A stretch of DNA of 64,000 nt from an uncultured virus (IMG/VR IMGVR_UViG_3300030329_003290) (lineage: Duplodnaviria > Heunggongvirae > Uroviricota > Caudoviricetes). The position numbers were made by a program, and so were the translations under genes. Shown piece by piece: positions 21,201-28,842 of this stretch (its first letter is position 1; every line of letters begins with the position of its first letter). The DNA lies in the IMG/VR virus record IMGVR_UViG_3300030329_003290. One strand, written 5' to 3'. The notes below the pieces were generated by a model. The model ran no database searches. It saw only the letters and a program-made list of their open reading frames with translations, and was not told the DNA's origin.

Positions 21201-21386
21201 GTGAGCTATATCACCACCAATATAGACTACGGCATTATCTTTATGTTTTTTTACTTCTTCGTATGTTCTTTCGAAAACCTCTTCGTATTCTTTATGACGC
21301 TTTAGATTACGAATTTGTATATCTGAAATGTGGTGTATGTATTTGAGTTTTCGAAAAGGAACTTTTACAACAGTTTCTTTTATCAA
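18231..21386 (-). CDS. Fused Mre11/SbcD nuclease - Rad50/SbcC ATPase (gp47-gp46-like)
   Basis: SDIQ, GGDIAH, AGNHD, GDIH phosphoesterase motifs; NASGKSS Walker A, CSYC zinc hook, SSGME signature, IDEG Walker B. Confidence 0.92.
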   Translation of the reverse strand: MIKETVVKVPFRKLKYIHHISDIQIRNLKRHKEYEEVFERTYEEVKKHKDNAVVYIGGDIAHSKTEMSPELVDQLSRLFKNLADICPTILIAGNHDCNLNNRSRMDVLSPIVNNLQHSQLHYLKHSGVYKCADVKFVVWDVWEKEDDYIEAKDIDGKTKIVLFHGTVDKSETDLGFHLPSDVKISKFKGYDLGLLGDIHKRQHLDKKGTISYCGSLVQQNHGEGLSHGYLLWDVAKRKSEYIEIPNDYGYYTIDIDNGKVPDCPDIPKKARLRVRVSNTTPSQLKKAMTMIHSTYGIKEVSVTRTDSLTSQEKVRGQRITVGDVRDADYQYGLIEEYLKTNHFVDSETLLDIKKINKELNTFLPADDVNRGITWDVKKFEFDNMFSYGENNVVDFTKLNGIVGIFAPNASGKSSLLDSLSFCLFDTSSRAYKASNVLNSKKNNFYCKATLEVDGCEYFIERKGKKLRNGHVKVDVDFWTFDDAGEKLSLNGDQRRTTDVNIRKVIGTYEDFIMTALSLQSNSTVFIDKTQKERKDLLAQFMGIGVFDQLYGLAAEEIHDVSSLLKSFKNNNYDTELADIKESLTELRKDSRSLSKEKKENVDDKKEVDKLIISLTKKLKKVDNSALNISELEEEKNRLINELSDADTKVGKLKTLSEQYKVEETELTEKINIYKENEIDKKFAQLEQYTLEKRNNQIEIDKLKIEVQNKLDKINKLGNLEYDSSCSYCMSNPFTLDAMETEKKLNEDKKLADKFVKQSDSLETIINGLAHITKHKEQMDECIQSFSLLTANISKVDSNQKLTKEKKKNLISQLAIIEDKINLYHEQEKDIQYNIGLQKEIDEMENESESLEQTIEELDKKLQSVNGEIKVLETNRRNIMSNIKKVEKLEDKYAAYQYYMDAVKRDGIPYELISKAIPTIEGAVNDILSQIVDFSMILEMDGKNINCYIVYDDDNVWPLELSSGMERFISSLAMRVGLINVSNLPAPNFLAIDEGWGTMDSDNLNSVYNLFQYLKSQFQFTMIVSHIDSMRDAVDTLLEIKKENTFSNVMFD

Positions 21387-21607
21387 GAATTATCCTTTAT
21401 AAATTTCTTTACTTTACTTATTTTATTATCTGGCACTATAATATCCCAAGCAGTTTCTTCATTGAAACTTCCCTTACCATAATAAATAGTTTGTGAATTT
21501 CCCAAATCAAATTTTTTCTTTACCCTTTCTAACAAGGCATTATCTGATATATGAACTTTCCATTCATCTTCATTAAATCTCCATATATCTCTTTGTTTTG
21601 CCATCAA
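21383..21607 (-). CDS. Hypothetical protein
   Basis: 74 aa, stop overlaps the next start codon. Confidence 0.55.
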   Translation of the reverse strand: MMAKQRDIWRFNEDEWKVHISDNALLERVKKKFDLGNSQTIYYGKGSFNEETAWDIIVPDNKISKVKKFIKDNS

Positions 21608-22517
21608 GCTTCATCCTAATAAAATCAGAGAAAGATGTTTTACCAACACCCTTTATAAGATTTGTAACTGATTCAAATCCCATATCGGATGGATCTTTAT
21701 CTGTTAGTTTTACATAATAGACATCGATACCATTTCTCATTAGTCTGTCTGTTATTCTTATAGTATCATTTACAGCATCATTGTCTAATAATATATATAT
21801 CTTATTTACATTTTTTTCGTATATTTTTTTCATTAGAGATTTTGGTATTGTTTTTCCAAATAAAGGTATAGCATTTCTTTTTATTGCTATAGCATCAAAT
21901 ATACCCTCACACAAAACAATTGGTTCGTCCCAGTTAATAAATAAATCAAGACCAATAACATCTTTGGATACAGGTGGATTCTTATATTTCATACCACCAT
22001 CAAATATGTTTCTGGCAATAAAATAATTCAACTCACCATTAGAATCATATGATGGTACAATAATTCTGTTGGAATATAACCCACTCTCACAATAACCAAT
22101 ATTATATCTAATAATATCACGCATTTTTATATTTCTTTTCTTTAGGTGTACAAGAGCGTGTTTTTTGATAATACTATTATCAACTTCCCAAAGTGATTTA
22201 AATTCTTTTGGTAATCTTAGTGTTTTATCCTTGACTTTATCACGATTTGATGATAGTGATAGTGATTTTGGTGAACCTACCAATTCAGATAATTCTTGGT
22301 ATTGTTCTCTATTAGCCTTTAGTTTTTTTAGCAGCTGGAAAAGATTATGTCCACCTTGATTTGAAACCCAACAATGCCACTTACCAGTTTTTACATTTAT
22401 CTGAAGTTTGGGTTTATGGTGATGTATGAATGGAGACCACCACATATATTCATTTGCCTTTTTTACAGGCCTACCTTGATTACCTATTACTCTATTTAGT
22501 AGATTTATTATTCTCAT
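21573..22517 (-). CDS. DnaG-like DNA primase
   Basis: N-terminal degenerate Zn-ribbon (SPF..H..WHCW), RIIVP, KYKNP, Toprim CEGIFD, LDND, KDPSD. Confidence 0.88.
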   Translation of the reverse strand: MRIINLLNRVIGNQGRPVKKANEYMWWSPFIHHHKPKLQINVKTGKWHCWVSNQGGHNLFQLLKKLKANREQYQELSELVGSPKSLSLSSNRDKVKDKTLRLPKEFKSLWEVDNSIIKKHALVHLKKRNIKMRDIIRYNIGYCESGLYSNRIIVPSYDSNGELNYFIARNIFDGGMKYKNPPVSKDVIGLDLFINWDEPIVLCEGIFDAIAIKRNAIPLFGKTIPKSLMKKIYEKNVNKIYILLDNDAVNDTIRITDRLMRNGIDVYYVKLTDKDPSDMGFESVTNLIKGVGKTSFSDFIRMKLDGKTKRYMEI

Positions 22518-22845
22518 TTATTAGTTCTATAAATTTATCAATTTCAACGACAGCGTATGTCTTACTTCTGTTTCTTTTAAATATAAGGACAGGACTGTAA
22601 TCACCACTATTTTCTTCTGCTTGTTGTAAAGAGTCCCATATATTTAGTTTTTCTTGATTCTTACATTCAAATGAAAAGGGAATTTGTTTACGAGCAGCTG
22701 GTGATAATTTTATGTCTTCACCAGACTCACCCATAATTGCTGAACGAACATCATCGGGTTCTAATTCTGTAAAGGATTCAAGTAAAAGATCTCTTACATT
22801 ATTTTGTAATCTTTTACCTTTATTTTTAGCGCTTCTTGATTTCAT
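22492..22845 (-). CDS. Holliday junction resolvase-like PD-(D/E)xK nuclease
   Basis: SAKNKGKRLQ, GEDI, FECKNQE, PVLIFKRNR. Confidence 0.75.
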   Translation of the reverse strand: MKSRSAKNKGKRLQNNVRDLLLESFTELEPDDVRSAIMGESGEDIKLSPAARKQIPFSFECKNQEKLNIWDSLQQAEENSGDYSPVLIFKRNRSKTYAVVEIDKFIELINENNKSTK

Positions 22846-22995
22846 ACTTGTTGTACTTGTTAAATGCTTAATTGATATTTTGTAAATAAGGTCAAACAGG
22901 TATTATATAAAAAACCTTTCAGTATTTTTTATAACCCAAATAATGTTAACATTAGTAATATATATCAGAGAATTATTTATTAATCAAATATATTT

Positions 22996-23382
22996 TTACA
23001 ACCACTTAGATAACTCTCTTTTAGCAAACCTTTCTGCTTTCTCTTCCCATTTATTGTCATCGTGTGGGTCTAATCCATCATAAGCAGCCATTGTGCCAGC
23101 TTGAGTATATTTCTTTATGAACTTTTTTACGCCTAGTCTTTTAGCATCAAGAGCGTGTTTTATTTCATGCAATACAGTCATAAGAAATTCTTTTACAGTT
23201 GGGTAAGATCTTCTAAGAGTTATAGTGTCGGTTTCAGGAACATATTCTCCCATATCTTTGCCAGTTCCTATTTTTATTTTAGATTTCAGTCCATATTGCT
23301 TTACTAAATTTTTAGTAATATCTAAATAATCTATTCTTTCCAACAGAAAGGAATGATTCATCATTTTTGTAAACTTTCCCAC
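22996..23382 (-). CDS. Zincin-like metallopeptidase
   Basis: VLHEIKHALD (HExxH) and downstream WEEKAE third ligand. Confidence 0.75.
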   Translation of the reverse strand: MGKFTKMMNHSFLLERIDYLDITKNLVKQYGLKSKIKIGTGKDMGEYVPETDTITLRRSYPTVKEFLMTVLHEIKHALDAKRLGVKKFIKKYTQAGTMAAYDGLDPHDDNKWEEKAERFAKRELSKWL

Positions 23383-25097
23383 TATCTTCTCCCACCTTTA
23401 TCCATTTTAGAAAACTTTTTAAGTTTATCAAATGCTCTAAACTGACTTAATTTTTTTTGTTTAGTCCATTTCATTTTATCAAATACTTTCATTCTCATAT
23501 GCTGTTTTACTATATAATAAATATCAAGAACATTTCCACCCATTGATTTTATCCACTTAGCATATTTTTTAACAAGTTTAGCTGATACATGCTCATGACC
23601 ATAATGAGTGATAAATCCTTTCTTTGGATGTATAGCTGCAGTTTCATCCTTTCCTATGTCGTGAAATAATGCTGCTAAAGCAAAATCTATATCACCAGTT
23701 TTCAATGCTCTATTTGTAACTGCGATTGTATGTTTCAGAACACTACCCTCTGGATGAGCATCTCTTCTTTGGTCATAATTCTTAAGATTATAAACCCTCT
23801 TCTTTAAATCACTTGGCAGTGCATTATAAATGTCTCTAAATTTCTTTGGTTTAGGTCTTACTGCTATTTCATTCATACCAAGTTTCTTTCTTAACTTTTG
23901 AATTTCCTTACTAATCTTCTTTTGAGCTGGGCTTCCTGGCATCATTTTCATCGCCATTGAATAAAGTTTATACAGTTTTGCCTTATCACTATTTTCATTT
24001 AGGAATTTATCCTTTTCCATATTTTGTATTGCTTTGCCTATATCTTTCCCTTTTAGGTTCTTTGGAACATCACTACCCTTTACTGATAATTTAAACCTAA
24101 CTAATTTCTTAAAGTCTTTTCCAATATATTTACCCCATTTGATAATTTGACTTTTACTTAGTTTTGTTTTTTCTTGAAACTTTTTAATTAAGAAAATATT
24201 ATCAGGTTTGAAATTTTGTAATGAATTCAAAAACTGAATATCAATAATTTCTTGATTGGTATAACCTAATCCATTTAAGTTCCGTATTGATCTTACAACA
24301 TTTTTTCGTAAAATCCAAGCTAAAAATAAAATATAATCGTTTTCATTTATATATGGAGCATTGATTTGAAAACCAGGTAATATCTGTTTTGTAAATCCTA
24401 ATTCATCCGAAAGTTGTAAATACTTTTTAGTTGATTTTGCCTTTTTAATTGACTTTACAAACTCATCCCTAATTCTTTCACTACTAACACCCCTTAGACT
24501 GGGATTTTCTTTCAATGCTTTTTCAGTCTCTCTACCCAATTTGCCACCAAGTGCACCTTGAAACCTTAGTGCTCTCATCTTTCTCAATGGGTCTTCATCA
24601 AATCTATCAGCAGCTTTTCCAACCGTTCTGATTTTTTTCTTTTTCAAATCGGCTATTCCACCAACTAAATCAACTATCTCACCTCTATCTAAATCATAGA
24701 ATAAAGCGTTTATTGTTAAGTCTCTTCTTTTTACATCACCCTCGATGTCGGTATAATCAACTGAACTTGGGCGTCTCCCTTTACCAATATCCTTTCTGAA
24801 TGTTGCTATTTCGTGTCCACCAACTATCACGACACCGAATTGTTTTCCAACCTCTACGGTTTTCAATCCACCTTTTTTTGCTATTCGTAATACCTCTTCA
24901 GGTTTAGCATCGGTGGCTAAATCAAAATCTTTTGGGTTCTTTCCTAATATTGCATCTCTAACTGCTCCACCTACAACAAAAAGTTTTTTATTATTTTTCT
25001 TAAAAAGTCCGTGTATTTTTTTTATATCAGATGGGATATTTAGTTTAAATTTAGAGTACTCATTCAATAATATATCTTGTAGTTTAAGCATCGTCAA
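23382..25097 (-). CDS. cca: Class II tRNA nucleotidyltransferase (CCA-adding family) with C-terminal HD domain
   Basis: VGGAVRD, DFDLAT, RRDLTINAL, EDPLR, ERIRDE; HPEG..HT..LFHDIGK..GHE. Confidence 0.85.
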   Translation of the reverse strand: MTMLKLQDILLNEYSKFKLNIPSDIKKIHGLFKKNNKKLFVVGGAVRDAILGKNPKDFDLATDAKPEEVLRIAKKGGLKTVEVGKQFGVVIVGGHEIATFRKDIGKGRRPSSVDYTDIEGDVKRRDLTINALFYDLDRGEIVDLVGGIADLKKKKIRTVGKAADRFDEDPLRKMRALRFQGALGGKLGRETEKALKENPSLRGVSSERIRDEFVKSIKKAKSTKKYLQLSDELGFTKQILPGFQINAPYINENDYILFLAWILRKNVVRSIRNLNGLGYTNQEIIDIQFLNSLQNFKPDNIFLIKKFQEKTKLSKSQIIKWGKYIGKDFKKLVRFKLSVKGSDVPKNLKGKDIGKAIQNMEKDKFLNENSDKAKLYKLYSMAMKMMPGSPAQKKISKEIQKLRKKLGMNEIAVRPKPKKFRDIYNALPSDLKKRVYNLKNYDQRRDAHPEGSVLKHTIAVTNRALKTGDIDFALAALFHDIGKDETAAIHPKKGFITHYGHEHVSAKLVKKYAKWIKSMGGNVLDIYYIVKQHMRMKVFDKMKWTKQKKLSQFRAFDKLKKFSKMDKGGRR

Positions 25098-26016
25098 GGG
25101 TTATTTCACCTTCTCGATCTTGATACCATTTACGGAATTGTGCAGGTGTGCCAATTGTTATTTTATTTTCAGGTACAAGCTTTAACAATTCTTTTTTATG
25201 TGCTTCTACAGGTCTATCGAATCCAGAATCGTGTTGGAAATAATAATCGTCCCAAACTCTACTCAACACAAACACATCTTTGATTTTTACATTATAAATA
25301 ATTATTTCATTCCACCACGCAGAGGTTTTTCTAGATGGTTGTGTGATATTTTTTATTACTATATCTTTCTTTTTTTTCAATAATTTATTTGTAGTATCTA
25401 CATATTTTTTTATATGTTTAGCAACAATAGGTCCTAATTCTTTTTTAACAATTTTACTTATTTCATTGTATCGTATATCAGCATTTTTAGGATCATCTTC
25501 AACTTTTCTCACTATTTTATTTTCTATTTCTCTCCATCCATCATAATCAGGCAATCCAGCTTTCTGAATAGCATCCCTTACAACCATATTATCTCCACCA
25601 AATATATGATGTCCCATTACCCATCTACGACCAGTTCTATCTGGCACAGTATCAAAATCCATATATTTTCTTGCTAACAATAAACCCTCAACATGGAATA
25701 TCACACCACCACTACCAGTTTGTACTCCACGACCTTTTGCCAATTGAGATGATTTGTTAGCTTTGGTAAATGTTGATATTGATTTTTTCTTACCCAATAC
25801 ATCTTTTATACTTTTTATATGATGTGGGCTTGTAACATGAAATGAATTTATTGGTATCTTACCGATAATATTTTCTATTGTCTTTGGGTATAGTGGAACA
25901 TAGTTTCGAGTAAGTGTCCACGATAAAGCATCTCTCGTATGTGCGGGATACCACTCTCTATTACCCTGCAATCCCACATACATACTTTCAATTAATAAGT
26001 CTTTTAGTTTAATCAT
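25084..26016 (-). CDS. Hypothetical protein with MIKLKDLLIE leader
   Basis: 310 aa; contains FHVT, SISTFT, WWNEII. Confidence 0.65.
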   Translation of the reverse strand: MIKLKDLLIESMYVGLQGNREWYPAHTRDALSWTLTRNYVPLYPKTIENIIGKIPINSFHVTSPHHIKSIKDVLGKKKSISTFTKANKSSQLAKGRGVQTGSGGVIFHVEGLLLARKYMDFDTVPDRTGRRWVMGHHIFGGDNMVVRDAIQKAGLPDYDGWREIENKIVRKVEDDPKNADIRYNEISKIVKKELGPIVAKHIKKYVDTTNKLLKKKKDIVIKNITQPSRKTSAWWNEIIIYNVKIKDVFVLSRVWDDYYFQHDSGFDRPVEAHKKELLKLVPENKITIGTPAQFRKWYQDREGEITLDDA

Positions 26017-27032
26017 GCATCAAACCTCACTACTATTGCTAGTGCCAAATCCTTATCGTTCTTTATGGGTGCTGATAGTTGTCCTATCGCTATCAATTGA
26101 TTGAAGTCGTTATATAACCCCACCTTAGTTACATATGGTCTGAAATCAGAGTGTGTAACGAAATTTTCATAGTCCGTAGCTGCTGTGTATGTTGAATTAA
26201 AAGATCCCGATTTAGCTGCTGCGTGTCCAGGTGGAAACAACTTCCAAGCTTCAGTACCATCGACACTTATACTACCACTATTTGCTTTAGTAGCAGATAT
26301 GTTCATAGTACCATTGAATTCATTTTCACTAACAACACAAGTATATTCATACTCTCTAATAGTTGTCTGTCCTTTATACTTCAAAGAAAATCCATCTGTA
26401 CCCTCTTTTTGTGCGCAATCAATATACCTACTACCAGTATCCGTAATTACTATAACTCCGTGTTCATAAAAAACATTACCAATTACAGAACCTGAACTTT
26501 CAGTTATCTGTGTATAATCAAATTTACCATTAGCCATACTACCACTTTTGAATTTAGCATATGATGCGGAATATTGAAAGTCATATAGATTGCCATCACC
26601 ATCATCAACAATCGTTACTGTTTCTGATGTTGAGTCGTCATTTAGCTCTATTGATTTAGGTTTTATTCTTTCACCATACAGGTTTTGTGGTATGGATATA
26701 ACAGATGCTGATTGATGTAGTAATCTGTATTGATTATCATTATTTGAAGCAAAATTCTCATATGGATTCAAGTCTGTATAAGATTTTCTAAGACCAGCAC
26801 CATCTTGTTTGTAATACATTTGATTCAACATAAAATACGATGGTTTGGCATAAAAAGACATCGATGGATAAGTTTTGGTTACATCTGAAGCTGTTGCGTA
26901 ATTATATGAACTTCCACTAATTGCTCTAAAACTATAGAAAAAACTTCCACTATCAGCATTTGTTAAAGTAAATGTCTTACCTACTTTGAAAGGTGTGATA
27001 TTTATATCGCCTGGGTCTAGTGTCTTAAACAT
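26013..27032 (-). CDS. Virion structural protein (baseplate/fibre attachment)
   Basis: C-terminal PYVTKVGLYNDFNQLIAIGQLSAPI, paralogous to the upstream gene. Confidence 0.7.
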   Translation of the reverse strand: MFKTLDPGDINITPFKVGKTFTLTNADSGSFFYSFRAISGSSYNYATASDVTKTYPSMSFYAKPSYFMLNQMYYKQDGAGLRKSYTDLNPYENFASNNDNQYRLLHQSASVISIPQNLYGERIKPKSIELNDDSTSETVTIVDDGDGNLYDFQYSASYAKFKSGSMANGKFDYTQITESSGSVIGNVFYEHGVIVITDTGSRYIDCAQKEGTDGFSLKYKGQTTIREYEYTCVVSENEFNGTMNISATKANSGSISVDGTEAWKLFPPGHAAAKSGSFNSTYTAATDYENFVTHSDFRPYVTKVGLYNDFNQLIAIGQLSAPIKNDKDLALAIVVRFDA

Positions 27033-27050
27033 GACCTATTATCTCCCAGT

Positions 27051-28073
27051 TTAGAAATCTAATTTTACTTTTATAAGCGCTTCTCTTGAAAATGATTTCA
27101 TTAGTGGTTTACTTAGTTTAGCAACTGCTAATAGTTCATTAGAATCATTGTACAATCCTACTTGCGTTATATAAGATTTTGGATTTTTATAAAACGAACC
27201 TATCGTAAATGAACCATCCGAAGAAGTTGCAAAAGTTGGATTTGAACTAAAATTGAATTCTTGATTTGGTATTCTAACAAAGAAATGTTGTGAAGTAATT
27301 ACCTCTTCTCTTCTTGCCTGAAATTTACCAGCAACTCTGATTCTTTCAAAGAATTTAAAAGAATTATCACCATTTACATTCGAACCCGATATAGTTGCTA
27401 AAGAAGCACTTGTATTCAGTACAGGTCCATTGAAAACTAAGATACCTAAATCAGGATAAAATAATCCATACCCACCACCATCTTGTGAAGCAGCAGCTGT
27501 TTTTGTTACGGCAGTTCCAGTGGCAATAGAACCACTAACAATATTGAATACTCTACCACCTTGATTTACAGTTGGATTTGTAGTAGCACCACTGTCATCG
27601 ATAAATTTGAGTTTAGTTGCTCCACTACCACTTATATGTAATTCCCAATTACCTGGATCCATTTTTTCTCTAAGAAATTCTCTGGCAACTGAAATAGCAT
27701 ATACAAATTTCGGTGTTATGTTTCCACCTGTACCAGCAAATGTAAATTGAGTTTCAGTTGGTCCTAATAATGTTTGTGATAACTGTCTATAAACCGATGC
27801 AGCTGCTCTATTACCATCAACACCAATTCTTCCTAATGAACCACTTCCATTGAAGTGTCCATAAGCAACAGAAAATTGTGGTTTTCTTGTAGTTGTAGTA
27901 GCAGCTGAACCATATACATCTAAGTAATGTTCTCCGCTACTGCCAGATTGTGTGGATGATGTATAAAAAGCAGTTAATGTACCAGATCCATTTTCCCACA
28001 TTCCTGATGAGACTGTATCTTTTACATTACTAATTACATCGTTCCCATCATCAAATATTTTATAGATAGCCAT
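27051..28073 (-). CDS. Virion structural protein (baseplate/fibre attachment)
   Basis: C-terminal YITQVGLYNDSNELLAVAKLSKPL resembles tail-collar/fibre attachment segments. Confidence 0.7.
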   Translation of the reverse strand: MAIYKIFDDGNDVISNVKDTVSSGMWENGSGTLTAFYTSSTQSGSSGEHYLDVYGSAATTTTRKPQFSVAYGHFNGSGSLGRIGVDGNRAAASVYRQLSQTLLGPTETQFTFAGTGGNITPKFVYAISVAREFLREKMDPGNWELHISGSGATKLKFIDDSGATTNPTVNQGGRVFNIVSGSIATGTAVTKTAAASQDGGGYGLFYPDLGILVFNGPVLNTSASLATISGSNVNGDNSFKFFERIRVAGKFQARREEVITSQHFFVRIPNQEFNFSSNPTFATSSDGSFTIGSFYKNPKSYITQVGLYNDSNELLAVAKLSKPLMKSFSREALIKVKLDF

Positions 28074-28083
28074 TTCTTACTCC

Positions 28084-28767
28084 TTATCCAAGAATCGTAG
28101 CATCACCAGCTGATGTGATTTTAACTTTATTAGTTACTGTTATTGATTGTGTAGCACCTGTATCGTTACCTATTACAGTCAATTGAGTTGCTTTACCACC
28201 AGCAGGTGTTGTGGATGGTAATGGTAACAATGCAATTCTTACAGAATTAGCAACCACTGTTTTACTATTTGGTGCGTCATCCTCTCCTAAGAAGAAAGGT
28301 GTAGAAGCGCCAGGTGAACCAGCACCAGCACCCGAAGCAACACTCATCGTAACAACAGATTGATCATGTAAAATAAAAGTATAACTATTATCAGATACAT
28401 TAGCAGTTGTAGCTTGTATTACAACGGATGGTTGATTTAGTCCACCAGCTGCATTGAATGTTACGGAACCTGGACTTACAGTAAGAACAGGCATCCTAGC
28501 AGTATTTTTGGGTAAAGTAATGAGTTTATATCTCATTACATGATTCTCATCAGGTAATGCTTCAAGTAAAGGCATATTTTCTATTACCTTTCCATAAAAA
28601 TCACTTCCATTTGGATGAGTCACATCAAATAATTTATAATCTACTTCATCGTCTGCTAAAGCAAATTTTGTTATATTGAAAGCAGATGTTCCTTGTGCCA
28701 ATAACTCTCGACCCTTTTTAGTAAGGATAGCATCTACGGTTATGGTAGCGTTATTTAAAAATCCCAT
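28084..28767 (-). CDS. Virion structural protein
   Basis: DAILTKKGRELLA..ITKFALADDEVDY resembles the N-terminus of tail-fibre attachment domains; AGGAG RBS. Confidence 0.7.
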   Translation of the reverse strand: MGFLNNATITVDAILTKKGRELLAQGTSAFNITKFALADDEVDYKLFDVTHPNGSDFYGKVIENMPLLEALPDENHVMRYKLITLPKNTARMPVLTVSPGSVTFNAAGGLNQPSVVIQATTANVSDNSYTFILHDQSVVTMSVASGAGAGSPGASTPFFLGEDDAPNSKTVVANSVRIALLPLPSTTPAGGKATQLTVIGNDTGATQSITVTNKVKITSAGDATILG

Positions 28768-28842
28768 AGTTTACTCCTAAAATGTATCTGTATATGGTTA
28801 GATTGATATCATATATAAATATAGTCATATCAAAATTTTATG

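Noticed and set aside
22846..22995. AT-rich 150-bp gap as replication origin
   Set aside because: No iterons or clear inverted repeats; compatible with an ordinary promoter region
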